Shown here one piece after another: positions 1 through 9,176 of a DNA stretch of 64,000 bases. The stretch is from Clostridiales bacterium (GTDB lineage Bacteria; Bacillota; Clostridia; Christensenellales; Aristaeellaceae), in the NCBI GenBank assembly GCA_012837525.1, contig DUQZ01000021.1, forward strand, positions 1,128 to 65,127. Direction: 5' to 3'. The notes under the pieces were generated by a model. That model searched no databases, was not told where the DNA came from, and saw only the letters and a list, made by a program, of their open reading frames with translations. The translations under genes were made by a program, and so were the position numbers. Every line of letters begins with the position of its first letter. Position 1 is the first letter of the stretch.

Positions 1-748
1 CAACACGCCCGCCCTGCGCACGCGCCTGGTTGATGGTGTCAGCCGCCTGCTGATCTACCTGGTACCATTCCTCATGCATGATGTGTTTTTCGACCACTTC
101 TTCTTTAACAGGCCGGAAGGTACCCAGGCCAACATGCAAAAGGATGGTGGCGATCTGAACACCCTTATCTTTAAGCTTTTGTAAAACGTCATCCGTAAAA
201 TGCAGCCCCGCGGTCGGCGCTGCCGCGCTGCCTTCTTCTTTTGCGTAGATGGTCTGGTATCTGTTTTTGTCCGCCAATTGCTCATGGATGTAGGGGGGAA
301 GCGGCATCTGTCCCAGTTGGTCCAGAATTTCTTCAAATACACCCTCAAATGAAAACCGCACAATCCGCCCGCCAAACGCTGTATCAGAAAGGATGGTGCA
401 GGTGAGCGCGCCATCACCAAATACAACCGCAGCGCCTTCCTTCAGCCGGCGGCCCGGTTTGATCAGCGCTTCCCAATCCCTTGCGTTGATGCGCTTCAAC
501 AACAAAACCTCACACGCGATGCCGCTGTCCTGTTTCACGCCCAACAAGCGGGCAGGGATGACACGGCTGCGGTTGAGCACAAGCACATCACTCGTGCGCA
601 AAAAAGATGGCAAATCATAAAAAGCGCGGTGCTTAATCTGCCCGGTTTGTTTGTCATACACCAGCATCCGGCTGTGATCGCGCTTGGCAAGCGGTGTTTG
701 CGCAATCAGCTCCTCAGGCAGGTGATAATGAAAATCACGCGTTCTCAT
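1..748 (-). CDS. queA: S-adenosylmethionine:tRNA ribosyltransferase-isomerase QueA, 3'-truncated by the window edge
   Basis: Absent from the ORF track because it runs off the window. Hand translation of the minus strand from the ATG at 748 gives [33 protein letters not shown]...[15 protein letters not shown], a canonical QueA N-terminus. The start overlaps the ruvB stop by 14 nt, giving the ruvAB-queA order. Confidence 0.88.
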   Translation of the reverse strand, partial: MRTRDFHYHLPEELIAQTPLAKRDHSRMLVYDKQTGQIKHRAFYDLPSFLRTSDVLVLNRSRVIPARLLGVKQDSGIACEVLLLKRINARDWEALIKPGRRLKEGAAVVFGDGALTCTILSDTAFGGRIVRFSFEGVFEEILDQLGQMPLPPYIHEQLADKNRYQTIYAKEEGSAAAPTAGLHFTDDVLQKLKDKGVQIATILLHVGLGTFRPVKEEVVEKHIMHEEWYQVDQQAADTINQARAQGGRV

Positions 749-1784
749 CAAACAGTGACAGTTGAGGGTCTTCCTCATCCTTGTGCGGTATCATCGTTTT
801 GCCCAGATGCTCATAGGCAGCCCGCGTTGCCACCCTGCCCCTTGGGGTGCGCTGGATGAAGCCCAGCTGCAACAAAAATGGCTCGTACACATCTTCAATC
901 GTCAAGGCATCCTCACCCGTTGACGCAGCCAGGGTATCCAGCCCAACCGGGCCGCCAGCAAACTTGTCAATCATGGTTTCCAGCACATTGCGGTCCACCT
1001 TGTCAAGGCCCAGGGCATCAATCTCAAGCAGGTTCAAGCCTTCGTTCGCAACGGTTCGGGTGATTTTACCGTCCGCCTGCACCTGCGCATAGTCGCGCAC
1101 GCGCTTGAGCATCCGGTTGGCGATGCGGGGAGTGCCACGGCTGCGGCGCGCGATTTCGATGATGCCCTCCTCATCAGCTGGCATACCAAGGATAGTAGAG
1201 GAGCGCTTGACAATCTGCGCCAATTCCTCGGGTGAGTACAACTCCAATCGGAATACCATCCCAAAGCGGTCACGCAAGGGGGCTGACAGCTGGCCTGCCC
1301 TTGTCGTCGCGCCAACCAGTGTAAAATGGGGCAGATCCAGGCGCATCGAGCGCGCGGTTGGCCCTTTGCCAATCATGATGTCCAGGGCGTAGTCCTCCAT
1401 CGCGGGGTAAAGCACTTCCTCCACAGCACGGGAGAGGCGGTGAATTTCATCGATAAACAGGATGTCCCCGGCGTTGAGGTTTGTCAAAATGGCTGCCAAG
1501 TCACCTGGCCGATCAATCGCGGGGCCGGAAGTAATGCGAATATTCTGGCCCATTTCAGCCGCGACAATGCACGCCAGCGTGGTCTTGCCCAGGCCGGGCG
1601 GGCCATACAGCAGCATATGGTCCAACGCGTCCCTGCGTCCCAGCGCTGCTTTGATATAAATGCTTAAATTTTGCTTTACCGCGTCCTGGCCGATATATTC
1701 CCGCAAACTGCGCGGGCGCAGGGAAAGGTCGTGATCCGCGTCTTCATCACGGTAGCCGGTCATCATAAAGCGATCGTCCTGCAT
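735..1784 (-). CDS. ruvB: Holliday junction branch migration DNA helicase RuvB
   Basis: 349 aa. Walker [32 protein letters not shown]-type sensor region. Sits directly downstream of ruvA. Confidence 0.97.
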   Translation of the reverse strand: MQDDRFMMTGYRDEDADHDLSLRPRSLREYIGQDAVKQNLSIYIKAALGRRDALDHMLLYGPPGLGKTTLACIVAAEMGQNIRITSGPAIDRPGDLAAILTNLNAGDILFIDEIHRLSRAVEEVLYPAMEDYALDIMIGKGPTARSMRLDLPHFTLVGATTRAGQLSAPLRDRFGMVFRLELYSPEELAQIVKRSSTILGMPADEEGIIEIARRSRGTPRIANRMLKRVRDYAQVQADGKITRTVANEGLNLLEIDALGLDKVDRNVLETMIDKFAGGPVGLDTLAASTGEDALTIEDVYEPFLLQLGFIQRTPRGRVATRAAYEHLGKTMIPHKDEEDPQLSLFDENA

Positions 1785-1787
1785 GCC

Positions 1788-2399
1788 TTATCCTTTCATC
1801 ATGGAGCGCAGTGCCTGCCGCACCAGTTCGTCAGCGGGTAAATCGCCGCTGGTTTGGTGGACCTTGGATACCGCCAGCGCCGCCTCGCTTTGGCTGTAGC
1901 CCAGCGCTGCCAGCGCCTGAATGGCCTCACCAACTGACCCCATTTGCTGGCTGACTGTGCCTGTGGGCAATTGCGCCAGGTTGCTGCTGAAGTCCTCTTT
2001 GCTCATGCGGTCTTTCAATTCAAGGGAGATGCGCTGCGCTGTCTTTTTGCCAACGCCTGGCGCGCGGGAAAGCATCTGGATGTCTTCGGTTAAGATAGCC
2101 AGCGTCAAATCCTTCAGCGGCATGCTGTTGAGGATGTTCAGCGCGGTGCGCGGCCCGATGCCGGTGACAGTGGTCAGGTTTAAAAACAAGGAACGCTCCT
2201 CCCTGCTTTCAAACCCAAACAGCTCCATGGCGTCATCCCGCACGCATAGCCAGGTATAAACACGGACAAATTCATCCTTGGGCGGTGCCTTTGAGATGGC
2301 TGCCTGGGTGCACATCACCTGATAGCCCACGCCGTTCACGTTGAGCACCAGCTCATTCCCGCTTTTTTCCGCCACCAGGCCTTCTAAAAATGCGTACAT
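1788..2399 (-). CDS. ruvA: Holliday junction branch migration complex subunit RuvA
   Basis: 203 aa. N-terminus MYAFLEGLV...NVNGVGYQV, HhH region GIGPRTALNIL/APGVGKKTAQRI. Position between ruvC and ruvB. Confidence 0.94.
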   Translation of the reverse strand: MYAFLEGLVAEKSGNELVLNVNGVGYQVMCTQAAISKAPPKDEFVRVYTWLCVRDDAMELFGFESREERSLFLNLTTVTGIGPRTALNILNSMPLKDLTLAILTEDIQMLSRAPGVGKKTAQRISLELKDRMSKEDFSSNLAQLPTGTVSQQMGSVGEAIQALAALGYSQSEAALAVSKVHQTSGDLPADELVRQALRSMMKG

Positions 2400-2409
2400 C
2401 CAACTTCCT

Positions 2410-2904
2410 CTATTTCATCAAGTGTTCGCTGCGAAACCGGCCAGCGTTATAATGCGTTACTGCTGCGGCAACCGCGTCCGCTGCGTCATCTGGCTTGGGA
2501 TGAATGGGCAGGTTGAGCAGCAGTTTGACCATCTGCTGAATCTGGTTTTTGCTGGCGCTGCCATAGCCAACCACCGCCTGCTTAATCTGCATGGGGGTGT
2601 ACTCAAACAGAGCGTCTGTATAGCCCGCGCACCGGGCAATCGCGACGCCGCGCGCGGCGCCGACCGCGAACGCGGTGGTCACGTTTTTCGCGAAAAACAA
2701 TTGCTCAAAGACGATTTCATCCGGTTGATAAAGTGATAACAGGGTACTGACCGCATTGTCAATTTCAACCAACCGCTGGGGGAAGGGGGTATCGGCCGCG
2801 GTTTCAATGACGCCGCAGGCGATGAATACCGCTTTGTTTGCCTGGCCTTCAATGACACCCCAACCCATAGTGGCAAGCCCCGGATCAATCCCTAAAATAC
2901 GCAA
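2410..2904 (-). CDS. ruvC: crossover junction endodeoxyribonuclease RuvC
   Basis: 164 aa. MRILGIDPGLATMGWGVIE catalytic Asp motif. TTG start preceded by AAGGAGG. Confidence 0.93.
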   Translation of the reverse strand: MRILGIDPGLATMGWGVIEGQANKAVFIACGVIETAADTPFPQRLVEIDNAVSTLLSLYQPDEIVFEQLFFAKNVTTAFAVGAARGVAIARCAGYTDALFEYTPMQIKQAVVGYGSASKNQIQQMVKLLLNLPIHPKPDDAADAVAAAVTHYNAGRFRSEHLMK

Positions 2905-2928
2905 TAGGTCCTCCTTGTTCCAAATTGT

Positions 2929-2957
2929 ATCTTATCCACTGGCCCTGATGCTGTCAA
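2929..2957 (-). promoter_or_regulatory. candidate sigma-A promoter for ruvC-ruvA-ruvB-queA
   Basis: Minus strand reads TTGACA-17 nt-TAAGAT just upstream of the ruvC RBS. Consensus match only. Confidence 0.35.
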
Positions 2958-3073
2958 TCATCAGAGAGCTTGCTGATGAAGGGTTTGGAGTTGTGCTGGC
3001 AAGGAGAATTTTATTTTTTACGTACTGTTTAGATTCTGTGTCAAAAGGTTTACCAAGTGTTTAGAGGATGCCC

Positions 3074-3102
3074 TTGATGGGTAGCAAACAATTTGATAAG
3101 AT
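3074..3102 (+). promoter_or_regulatory. candidate sigma-A promoter for the L,D-transpeptidase gene
   Basis: TTGATG-17 nt-TAAGAT, about 30 nt upstream of ATG 3131, with RBS GAAGGAGGG between. Confidence 0.35.
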
Positions 3103-3130
3103 ATGAACATTCATGACGAAGGAGGGCTGA

Positions 3131-4957
3131 ATGAACAGGCGAATTCTAATCCTAACCCTTGTGTTGACACTGCTTTTGCCAATTGTTTTCACAGGTGCGG
3201 AAGATGCGCACCTTGTAATAAATGAATTTCCGGACCTGATCAGGCCGGGAAAAACAGAATTATTTCATTTCAAAACCGTGCATGAAGGCACAGGTACCGT
3301 GACCCTGCAGGATGCGAACGGCCAGGCGCTGTTTGTAATCCTGCAATCCATTCCGCTAAAGCAGGGCGAGAACCAGTTTATGTGGAATGGCATGGACAAC
3401 GCCATGAAGCCAGTCAATGAGGGCATATATAACCTGGTGCTGACGGATGGTCATGATAGCATTTCTCACCCGCTGCACATCGGTAAGATGAGCCCGCAGG
3501 TGACCCAGCTGCAGCTGAAAGACAGCCAGATTACCCCCGGGGAAGCCTGGACGATGTCCGTCAATGTTAATATGCCGGGCGCGCTGGCAGTTGTTTTCCA
3601 TGTCGCGCACGAGCACCACACCATCTATCATGAAGCCGTACCGGAAGGGCGCAGCGAGATAAACTGGGATGGCACACTGAATGACAAACCAGCGCCGGCC
3701 GGCAAACACACGCTTTCTGTTGTGTTCCTGGACGAGACAGGCTTTGCCGCAAACCAGCAGCATATCACGCTGGACGTGATGGAAAGCCAGCCGATACAAA
3801 GCTCGCCTGCGCCGGAAGCGACAGCGCCCGCTGCTGACGTGGCAGAGGAACCTTCCGCAAGCCCCGCAGCAACCCAAAGCGCCGGGAACCCCAAGAATGA
3901 GGGCTATCACTACTCAGTGCCCACAAAAGAAGTTGTGCCAGAGGAAGACTATGGCAAGGATTTTTGGCGCCTGCCGGTTGGTGATTACAACGAGGAAGCC
4001 ATCTGGAAGGTCATGATGCAGCCCATCACCGTGCTGTGGGGACGGGACCAGCGCGACACCTACAAGCTGCGCGCGACACGGGATGACAGCAGCAAGCGTG
4101 AAAACATCGTGGGCGAGGTCGGGTATCAATCCCAGGGCGTTCATGTGATTGAGCAGTATGACGACGGTTGGTCGCTGGTTGAGGTGTACAACTCCTCCTA
4201 TGGGCCCAACAACCGTACCCGCAGGGGATATGGTGATACGGATGACCTTATTCGCGGTTATATCAAAACCTCCGAACTCAAGGTGATTACCCCGCGAGAT
4301 GACTACGGGCTGTTGATTGATAAACTCAAGCAGCGCATGTATGTTTTCCAGGATGGTAAAATCATCACCGAGCTGTTGATTTCTACGGGCGTGCCTACCT
4401 CAAAGCAGCCCTGGAACGAGACGCCGTCAGGAGAATTTTTGATGGTCAGCCGCACAGGCGACTTCAATGCCGGCAACCTGGTTTGCCGGATGGCCATGCG
4501 GATCAACGGCGGCGCGCTGATCCATGAGGTGCCTTATATCTTAAACGAGCGCACAGGCTACTGGGATTATTCCTCCCAGGAAGCGCAGCTTGGTAAAAAA
4601 GCAAGCCATGGCTGCATCCGCGTACAGCGGGTCAACAACAATGACGGCATCAACATGACCTGGCTGTGGAACAACATCAAGGTCAATACCAAGGTGCTGG
4701 TCTGGGACGATGACAACCGCTTTTATGAGTATCCGGACGCCAACTTGCCCTTGTTCTTCAATCCCCAGGGCGGCAAGTATTATCATTTGGATCAGAACTG
4801 CCGCAGCATCAAGGACAGGTACTTGCCCCTGGAAGGCGCATTGGTGTATTCTGAACTTGACCATCAGGAGCACTCCAAATTAACCCCTTGCCCGTATTGC
4901 AATCCGCCGCTTCGCAGCAGCAAGATTGATCAGATCAATAAAGACAACGGGTTTTAG
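3131..4957 (+). CDS. secreted multidomain L,D-transpeptidase (YkuD family): two Ig-like (FlgD-Ig-like) repeats, low-complexity linker, SH3b-like segment, YkuD catalytic domain and Cys-rich C-terminal tail
   Basis: 608 aa. N-terminal signal/anchor MNRRILILTLVLTLLLPIVF. YkuD catalytic signature HEVPY...KKASHGCIRV. SH3b-like YDDGWSLVEVY. A/P/S/T-rich linker. Confidence 0.85.
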   Translation: MNRRILILTLVLTLLLPIVFTGAEDAHLVINEFPDLIRPGKTELFHFKTVHEGTGTVTLQDANGQALFVILQSIPLKQGENQFMWNGMDNAMKPVNEGIYNLVLTDGHDSISHPLHIGKMSPQVTQLQLKDSQITPGEAWTMSVNVNMPGALAVVFHVAHEHHTIYHEAVPEGRSEINWDGTLNDKPAPAGKHTLSVVFLDETGFAANQQHITLDVMESQPIQSSPAPEATAPAADVAEEPSASPAATQSAGNPKNEGYHYSVPTKEVVPEEDYGKDFWRLPVGDYNEEAIWKVMMQPITVLWGRDQRDTYKLRATRDDSSKRENIVGEVGYQSQGVHVIEQYDDGWSLVEVYNSSYGPNNRTRRGYGDTDDLIRGYIKTSELKVITPRDDYGLLIDKLKQRMYVFQDGKIITELLISTGVPTSKQPWNETPSGEFLMVSRTGDFNAGNLVCRMAMRINGGALIHEVPYILNERTGYWDYSSQEAQLGKKASHGCIRVQRVNNNDGINMTWLWNNIKVNTKVLVWDDDNRFYEYPDANLPLFFNPQGGKYYHLDQNCRSIKDRYLPLEGALVYSELDHQEHSKLTPCPYCNPPLRSSKIDQINKDNGF

Positions 4958-5016
4958 AGAATTGTCTGCTACCTGAAGTTTCGATGATGCAGATTACGTA
5001 AAAAGGAGGTCAGGAT

Positions 5017-6372
5017 ATGTTGTTTTCAAGCCTGACCTTCCTTATTTGGTTCTTGCCCATTGTCCTCATCATCCATTTCGTTTTGCCCCAGCGGCTGCGA
5101 AATGGATTTTTGCTGCTGGCCAGCCTGTTTTTTTATGCCTGGGGTGAGATTGCCTACCTGCCGCTGATATTGACCGTTCTGGTCTTTAATGTCATCTTTG
5201 GCATTTTGATCGACCGCTGCGAAGGCCGCGCGCGTAGACTGCTGATGATCCTGGCAGTGGTGTTTAATATCGGCACCCTGGTGTTTTATAAATACAGCGG
5301 CTTTTTAATGGGCGTAATTGGTTTGTCCGCCTACGCGCCATCAGTCACCATGCCGCTTGGCATCAGCTTTTTTACCTTTCAGATTACAGGCTATATCATC
5401 GACATCTACCGAAAGAAAATCCCGGCCGAGAAAAACGTCATCAACGTGATGACCTTTATCGTGCTGTTCCCGCAGTTAATCGCGGGGCCCATTGTTTTAT
5501 ATACGGATGTTCAAAATGAAATGCGCAAGCGGACCATCACCGCGAGCGACCTTGAAAAAGGGATGACCATCTTTATCGCCGGCCTGGGAGCCAAGGTCTT
5601 GCTGGCCAATCCAATGGGCGCTTTGTATCAGGATATCCTATCCATCAAAAGCGCCAGCGCGCCGGCGATGTGGCTGGCGACCTTAGCCAGTGTTCTTCAG
5701 CTTTATTTTGATTTCGTGGGCTATTCCAGCATGGCGATTGGCATGGGGCATATGATGGGGTTCAAGTTCCCGCAAAACTTCAACCATCCGCTGTCCGCGC
5801 GCTCCATGCGCGATTTCTGGCGCAGGTGGCACATGACGCTGGGCGCCTGGCTGCGGGATTATGTGTATGTTCCGCTGGGCGGCAGCCGCAAAGGCACGCG
5901 CAGGACGATCATCAACCTGTTTTTTGTCTGGTTTTTATCCGGTTTTTGGCATGGCGCGGATTGGAACCACATCCTGTGGGGTCTTTGGTTCTTTATGTTT
6001 ATCGCGCTGGAGAAAACAGCCTTTGGCCCCTGGATCGCGCAGCGGCCCAGATTGGGTTTGCTGTACGCACAGTTTGTCTTTTTCCTGAGCCTGCCGCTGT
6101 TTTCATACAGCAGCCTCAGCGAATCCGGCGATCACTTCGCGCGGATGTTTTCACCTGTATTTAGTACCGATGTCCTATATTACCTGCGTGGACACGGCGT
6201 TTTGCTGATCATCGCGATGATCTTTTGCATGCCCTCCGTATTTCATTTCTTTAATCAACTGTTTGCCCGCTCAAAAATAGCGCGAATTGCTTTGATGACC
6301 AGTGTGATGGTGTTGTCCCTGGCTGCATTGGTGAATGAAGCCTACAACCCCTTTATTTATTTCAGGTTTTGA
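5017..6372 (+). CDS. MBOAT family membrane O-acyltransferase (AlgI/DltB/PatA-like)
   Basis: 451 aa polytopic membrane protein. MBOAT hallmarks FWRRWHMTLGAWLRDYVYVPLGG and LSGFWHGADWNH. Confidence 0.9.
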   Translation: MLFSSLTFLIWFLPIVLIIHFVLPQRLRNGFLLLASLFFYAWGEIAYLPLILTVLVFNVIFGILIDRCEGRARRLLMILAVVFNIGTLVFYKYSGFLMGVIGLSAYAPSVTMPLGISFFTFQITGYIIDIYRKKIPAEKNVINVMTFIVLFPQLIAGPIVLYTDVQNEMRKRTITASDLEKGMTIFIAGLGAKVLLANPMGALYQDILSIKSASAPAMWLATLASVLQLYFDFVGYSSMAIGMGHMMGFKFPQNFNHPLSARSMRDFWRRWHMTLGAWLRDYVYVPLGGSRKGTRRTIINLFFVWFLSGFWHGADWNHILWGLWFFMFIALEKTAFGPWIAQRPRLGLLYAQFVFFLSLPLFSYSSLSESGDHFARMFSPVFSTDVLYYLRGHGVLLIIAMIFCMPSVFHFFNQLFARSKIARIALMTSVMVLSLAALVNEAYNPFIYFRF

Positions 6373-6373
6373 T

Positions 6374-7501
6374 ATGATGAAAAGAATGTTCGGAGCGCCT
6401 TTATTCATCCTCATCATGTTGATGATGCTGGTTCTTGCTGTGTTTAGCCTAATTTTGCCTGATAAAACCATGTCACAGCTCGAAAACCGCCCGTTGTCTG
6501 CCTTCCCTGAGCCGTCGCTTGGACAAATCGCAACCGGCAGGTGGATGGACCAGGCGGAAGATTACGTGGATGAGCAACTGCCTTTGCATGACACCTTCAT
6601 CCAGATCAATTTGTTCAAAGAACGGGTATTGCAAAAAACGGAGTCCCATGGCGTTGTGCGGGGAAAAGTCGAAAGGTTATTTGGTGACAGCCGGCAAATC
6701 AATCCAGCAGAGGTTGAAAAGGCGGTCAGCGCGGTTGCTCAATTCGCACAGCGGCAAGGCCTTCCCTTTGCTTTTATCATGGTGCCGCCGTCCAGCCTGA
6801 TGTATCCGGAAGCGCTGCCAGCCTTTTATCCGCTTGCGGATCCTTTGGCGATGGTTGAGCAGGAGGTTCAGCGCTATCCAGAGATTGATTACCTGCCAGT
6901 TAAAAATGCATTATTGCTTGAAAATCAATCCCAAATGACGCATTATAGAACTGACCATCATCTGACTGCCGCGGGCGCTAAAACTGTCTATCAGGAATTG
7001 GTGAAACACCTTGGGCTGACAGCGCGGGCAGATGACGCGGAACTGATTGAACTGGACGGCTTTACTGGCTCATATTATGCGCGGGCACCGTATCCCTTCA
7101 TGAAGGCAGATACGCTCAGTTACTTTGATGTGAGTGACATCACGCTGGAAATTGAAGGAATGCAGAAGCCCGGCCTGATTGATACAGCGCTGCTTGACAG
7201 CCCCAACAAGTATCATGCCCTGCTGTACAATAACCCGGGGCTTATGACACTCAGCAGCAAAAGCAATGAGCGCGGCAGTGCACTTGTCATCAAGGATTCA
7301 AACGCCAATGTGATTCTGCCGCTTTTGGCCAGACATTACCAAAGATTGCACGTGGTGGATTTCCGGTATTTGAAGCTCGGCTTTGACCTGGATGCGTATA
7401 TCAAGAAAGAGGGCATTGAGGAGGTTCTATGTATCTACGGAACAGATGTCTTTTTGACAGACCGCAACCTGCTTCTCCATTTGGCGCCGTCAAAAAACTG
7501 A
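6374..7501 (+). CDS. DHHW/AlgJ-like extracytoplasmic acyltransferase partner protein
   Basis: Signal anchor MMKRMFGAPLFILIMLMMLVLAVF. YRTDHHLT motif equivalent to DxHW of AlgJ/AlgX/DHHW proteins. Immediately follows the MBOAT gene. The start is uncertain: the track ORF begins at 6335, in an overlapping frame. Confidence 0.7.
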   Translation: MMKRMFGAPLFILIMLMMLVLAVFSLILPDKTMSQLENRPLSAFPEPSLGQIATGRWMDQAEDYVDEQLPLHDTFIQINLFKERVLQKTESHGVVRGKVERLFGDSRQINPAEVEKAVSAVAQFAQRQGLPFAFIMVPPSSLMYPEALPAFYPLADPLAMVEQEVQRYPEIDYLPVKNALLLENQSQMTHYRTDHHLTAAGAKTVYQELVKHLGLTARADDAELIELDGFTGSYYARAPYPFMKADTLSYFDVSDITLEIEGMQKPGLIDTALLDSPNKYHALLYNNPGLMTLSSKSNERGSALVIKDSNANVILPLLARHYQRLHVVDFRYLKLGFDLDAYIKKEGIEEVLCIYGTDVFLTDRNLLLHLAPSKN

Positions 7502-8229
7502 CAGTTTTTCTGGTGGCAATATTACTGGCTTTGCCAATCGGCATGACAGCGGATGAGTTTGTATTTGAAGAGCCCTCCGTGTCCGCGCTTGTATTTGAGG
7601 GGTATGAGGCGCCAACCGTGCCCAAGAGAGACATGGTTGGTGACGATTATTTTGAGGATGCCATTTTCATCGGAGACTCCCTGGCTGAAGGACTGGCCTT
7701 AAACCGTCTCTTGCCAACGATGGAGTTTGTCACAAAGATTGGGCAGTCTGCCAATGGGGTTGTCCGGCACAGGGTGTACAAATTAAACGGCAAGTCCGTC
7801 AGGATGATTGAACTGTTGAAAGCCAAACAGCCAGGTAAACTTTATATATGGCTGGGCAGCAACGGGATAGACAACTACAGCGCACAGCATGTTCTGCCAC
7901 AGTATGAGACCATGCTGGATTTATTCATCAGCGAGCTGCCCGATACACTGATTTATTGCGTTTCCCTGGCGCCCGTTATTGAACGGCGTGCCCAGAGGCA
8001 GTACCCCAGGATGAACAACAGGAAGATCCACGGCTTCAATGCCTTGATTGAGGAAGCCGCCAAGGCACGTAATTGTTTTTATCTGCCGATATCATTCGCG
8101 CTGATGGATGAGGACGGCGGGCTGCATAAGAACTACTCAGCCGGGGACGGCATCCATTTATCCAAGGCAGGCTACCAGGTTGTCAACGAGTTTTTGCGCT
8201 CACACACGATTCCGTATCATAAGGAGTGA
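7429..8229 (+). CDS. SGNH/GDSL hydrolase-family protein, membrane anchored
   Basis: 266 aa. Anchor KKLTVFLVAILLALPIG. Block I IFIGDSLAEG, block II WLGSNG, block V GDGIHLSKAGY (DxxH). Confidence 0.8.
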   Translation: MYLRNRCLFDRPQPASPFGAVKKLTVFLVAILLALPIGMTADEFVFEEPSVSALVFEGYEAPTVPKRDMVGDDYFEDAIFIGDSLAEGLALNRLLPTMEFVTKIGQSANGVVRHRVYKLNGKSVRMIELLKAKQPGKLYIWLGSNGIDNYSAQHVLPQYETMLDLFISELPDTLIYCVSLAPVIERRAQRQYPRMNNRKIHGFNALIEEAAKARNCFYLPISFALMDEDGGLHKNYSAGDGIHLSKAGYQVVNEFLRSHTIPYHKE

Positions 8230-8696
8230 GGGGTATCAAACAAAAGTTTGCATTTGTTCTCATCATCGCATTGGTCATTTTTTTGGCTGCCTGCACACAA
8301 CAGGCGGAGATCAAGCCTGCCCAAGCAGTCTATGATACGCTGCTTGAGAAGCTGCCGTTTGAGGAACTGACCCTTCTTGACACGGCCCAAACAGCGTTGC
8401 TGCTGGAATTGGATGAAGGCATGTTGGGTGACACAGCAGCTGGTTTGGATGCCAGCCGGTATACGCCTGAAGCGGTCATTGTCATCAACACGAAAAACCA
8501 GGCAGACCTTGATGCCATCACCCAGGCGCTCAAGGCGTACAAGGGACGTCTGCTTGAGGAATACCGTGGTTACCGGCCGGATGAGATGTTCAAGATCGAA
8601 GACGCCAAGGTATTCACAAAGGGCTTCCAGGCAGTCTTTGTGATTTCCAAGGATGCCAGTTTGGCAGAGCAGGCCTTGAAGGACATTCAAAAGTAA
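8226..8696 (+). CDS. small lipoprotein, DUF4358-like
   Basis: 156 aa, GTG start overlapping the upstream stop. Lipobox VIFLAAC. The overall pattern (LTLLD...PEAVIVINTKNQADLDAI...YRPDEMFKIEDAKVFTKG..VFVISKDA) resembles DUF4358 from memory, not verified. Confidence 0.6.
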   Translation: MRGIKQKFAFVLIIALVIFLAACTQQAEIKPAQAVYDTLLEKLPFEELTLLDTAQTALLLELDEGMLGDTAAGLDASRYTPEAVIVINTKNQADLDAITQALKAYKGRLLEEYRGYRPDEMFKIEDAKVFTKGFQAVFVISKDASLAEQALKDIQK

Positions 8697-8731
8697 GTTT
8701 GTATCAAAAACCCGTGCATTCATGCGGCAGG

Positions 8732-8760
8732 TTGCACAGGGTATGAAAATCTTGTATACT
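8732..8760 (+). promoter_or_regulatory. candidate sigma-A promoter for asp23-yloV
   Basis: TTGCAC-17 nt-TATACT, about 40 nt upstream of ATG 8799. Confidence 0.4.
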
Positions 8761-8798
8761 GATACCGCCTGAAACAGTTACCTAAGGGGGATTTAAGG

Positions 8799-9149
8799 AT
8801 GGAGTTCAAAATCAAAAACGACATCGGCACCATCTATATTTCCGAGGAAGTCATGCTCAAAGTGGTGGGGTATGCCACCCTTGAGTGCTACGGCATTGTA
8901 GCCATGTCCAGCAAGCGCGCGAAAGACGGCCTGGTTGAGTGGTTGGGGCGTGAAAACCTCAGCCGCGGCGTGGCCTTGCGCGCGGTGGACGACATGATTG
9001 ATGTGGATTTATACATTGTGGTTGAATACGGCATTTCTGTCACTGCGGTTTGCACATCTATTAAAGAGGTCGTGAAGTATAAACTCGAAAGCATGACCGG
9101 CGTCAAGGTCCGCAATGTAAATATCACTGTAGAAGGAATCCGCGTCTGA
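8799..9149 (+). CDS. Asp23/Gls24 family envelope stress protein (YloU-like)
   Basis: 116 aa. IYISEEVMLKVVGYATLECYGIVAM... is typical of Asp23. Conserved pairing with the following DAK2 gene and recG. Confidence 0.85.
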   Translation: MEFKIKNDIGTIYISEEVMLKVVGYATLECYGIVAMSSKRAKDGLVEWLGRENLSRGVALRAVDDMIDVDLYIVVEYGISVTAVCTSIKEVVKYKLESMTGVKVRNVNITVEGIRV

Positions 9150-9176
9150 TTCATCCGTCGCGGAGGAGGATTATAA

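Noticed and set aside
55-426. The track ORF of 123 aa on the minus strand at the left edge.
   Set aside because: It is out of frame with the real gene. The queA frame (start 748) gives a canonical QueA sequence over the same bases.
8217-8723. A 168-aa minus-strand ORF covering the DUF4358-like gene.
   Set aside because: The plus-strand frame continues the operon with a GTG start overlapping the upstream stop, and it has a lipobox. The minus-strand frame lacks any signal.
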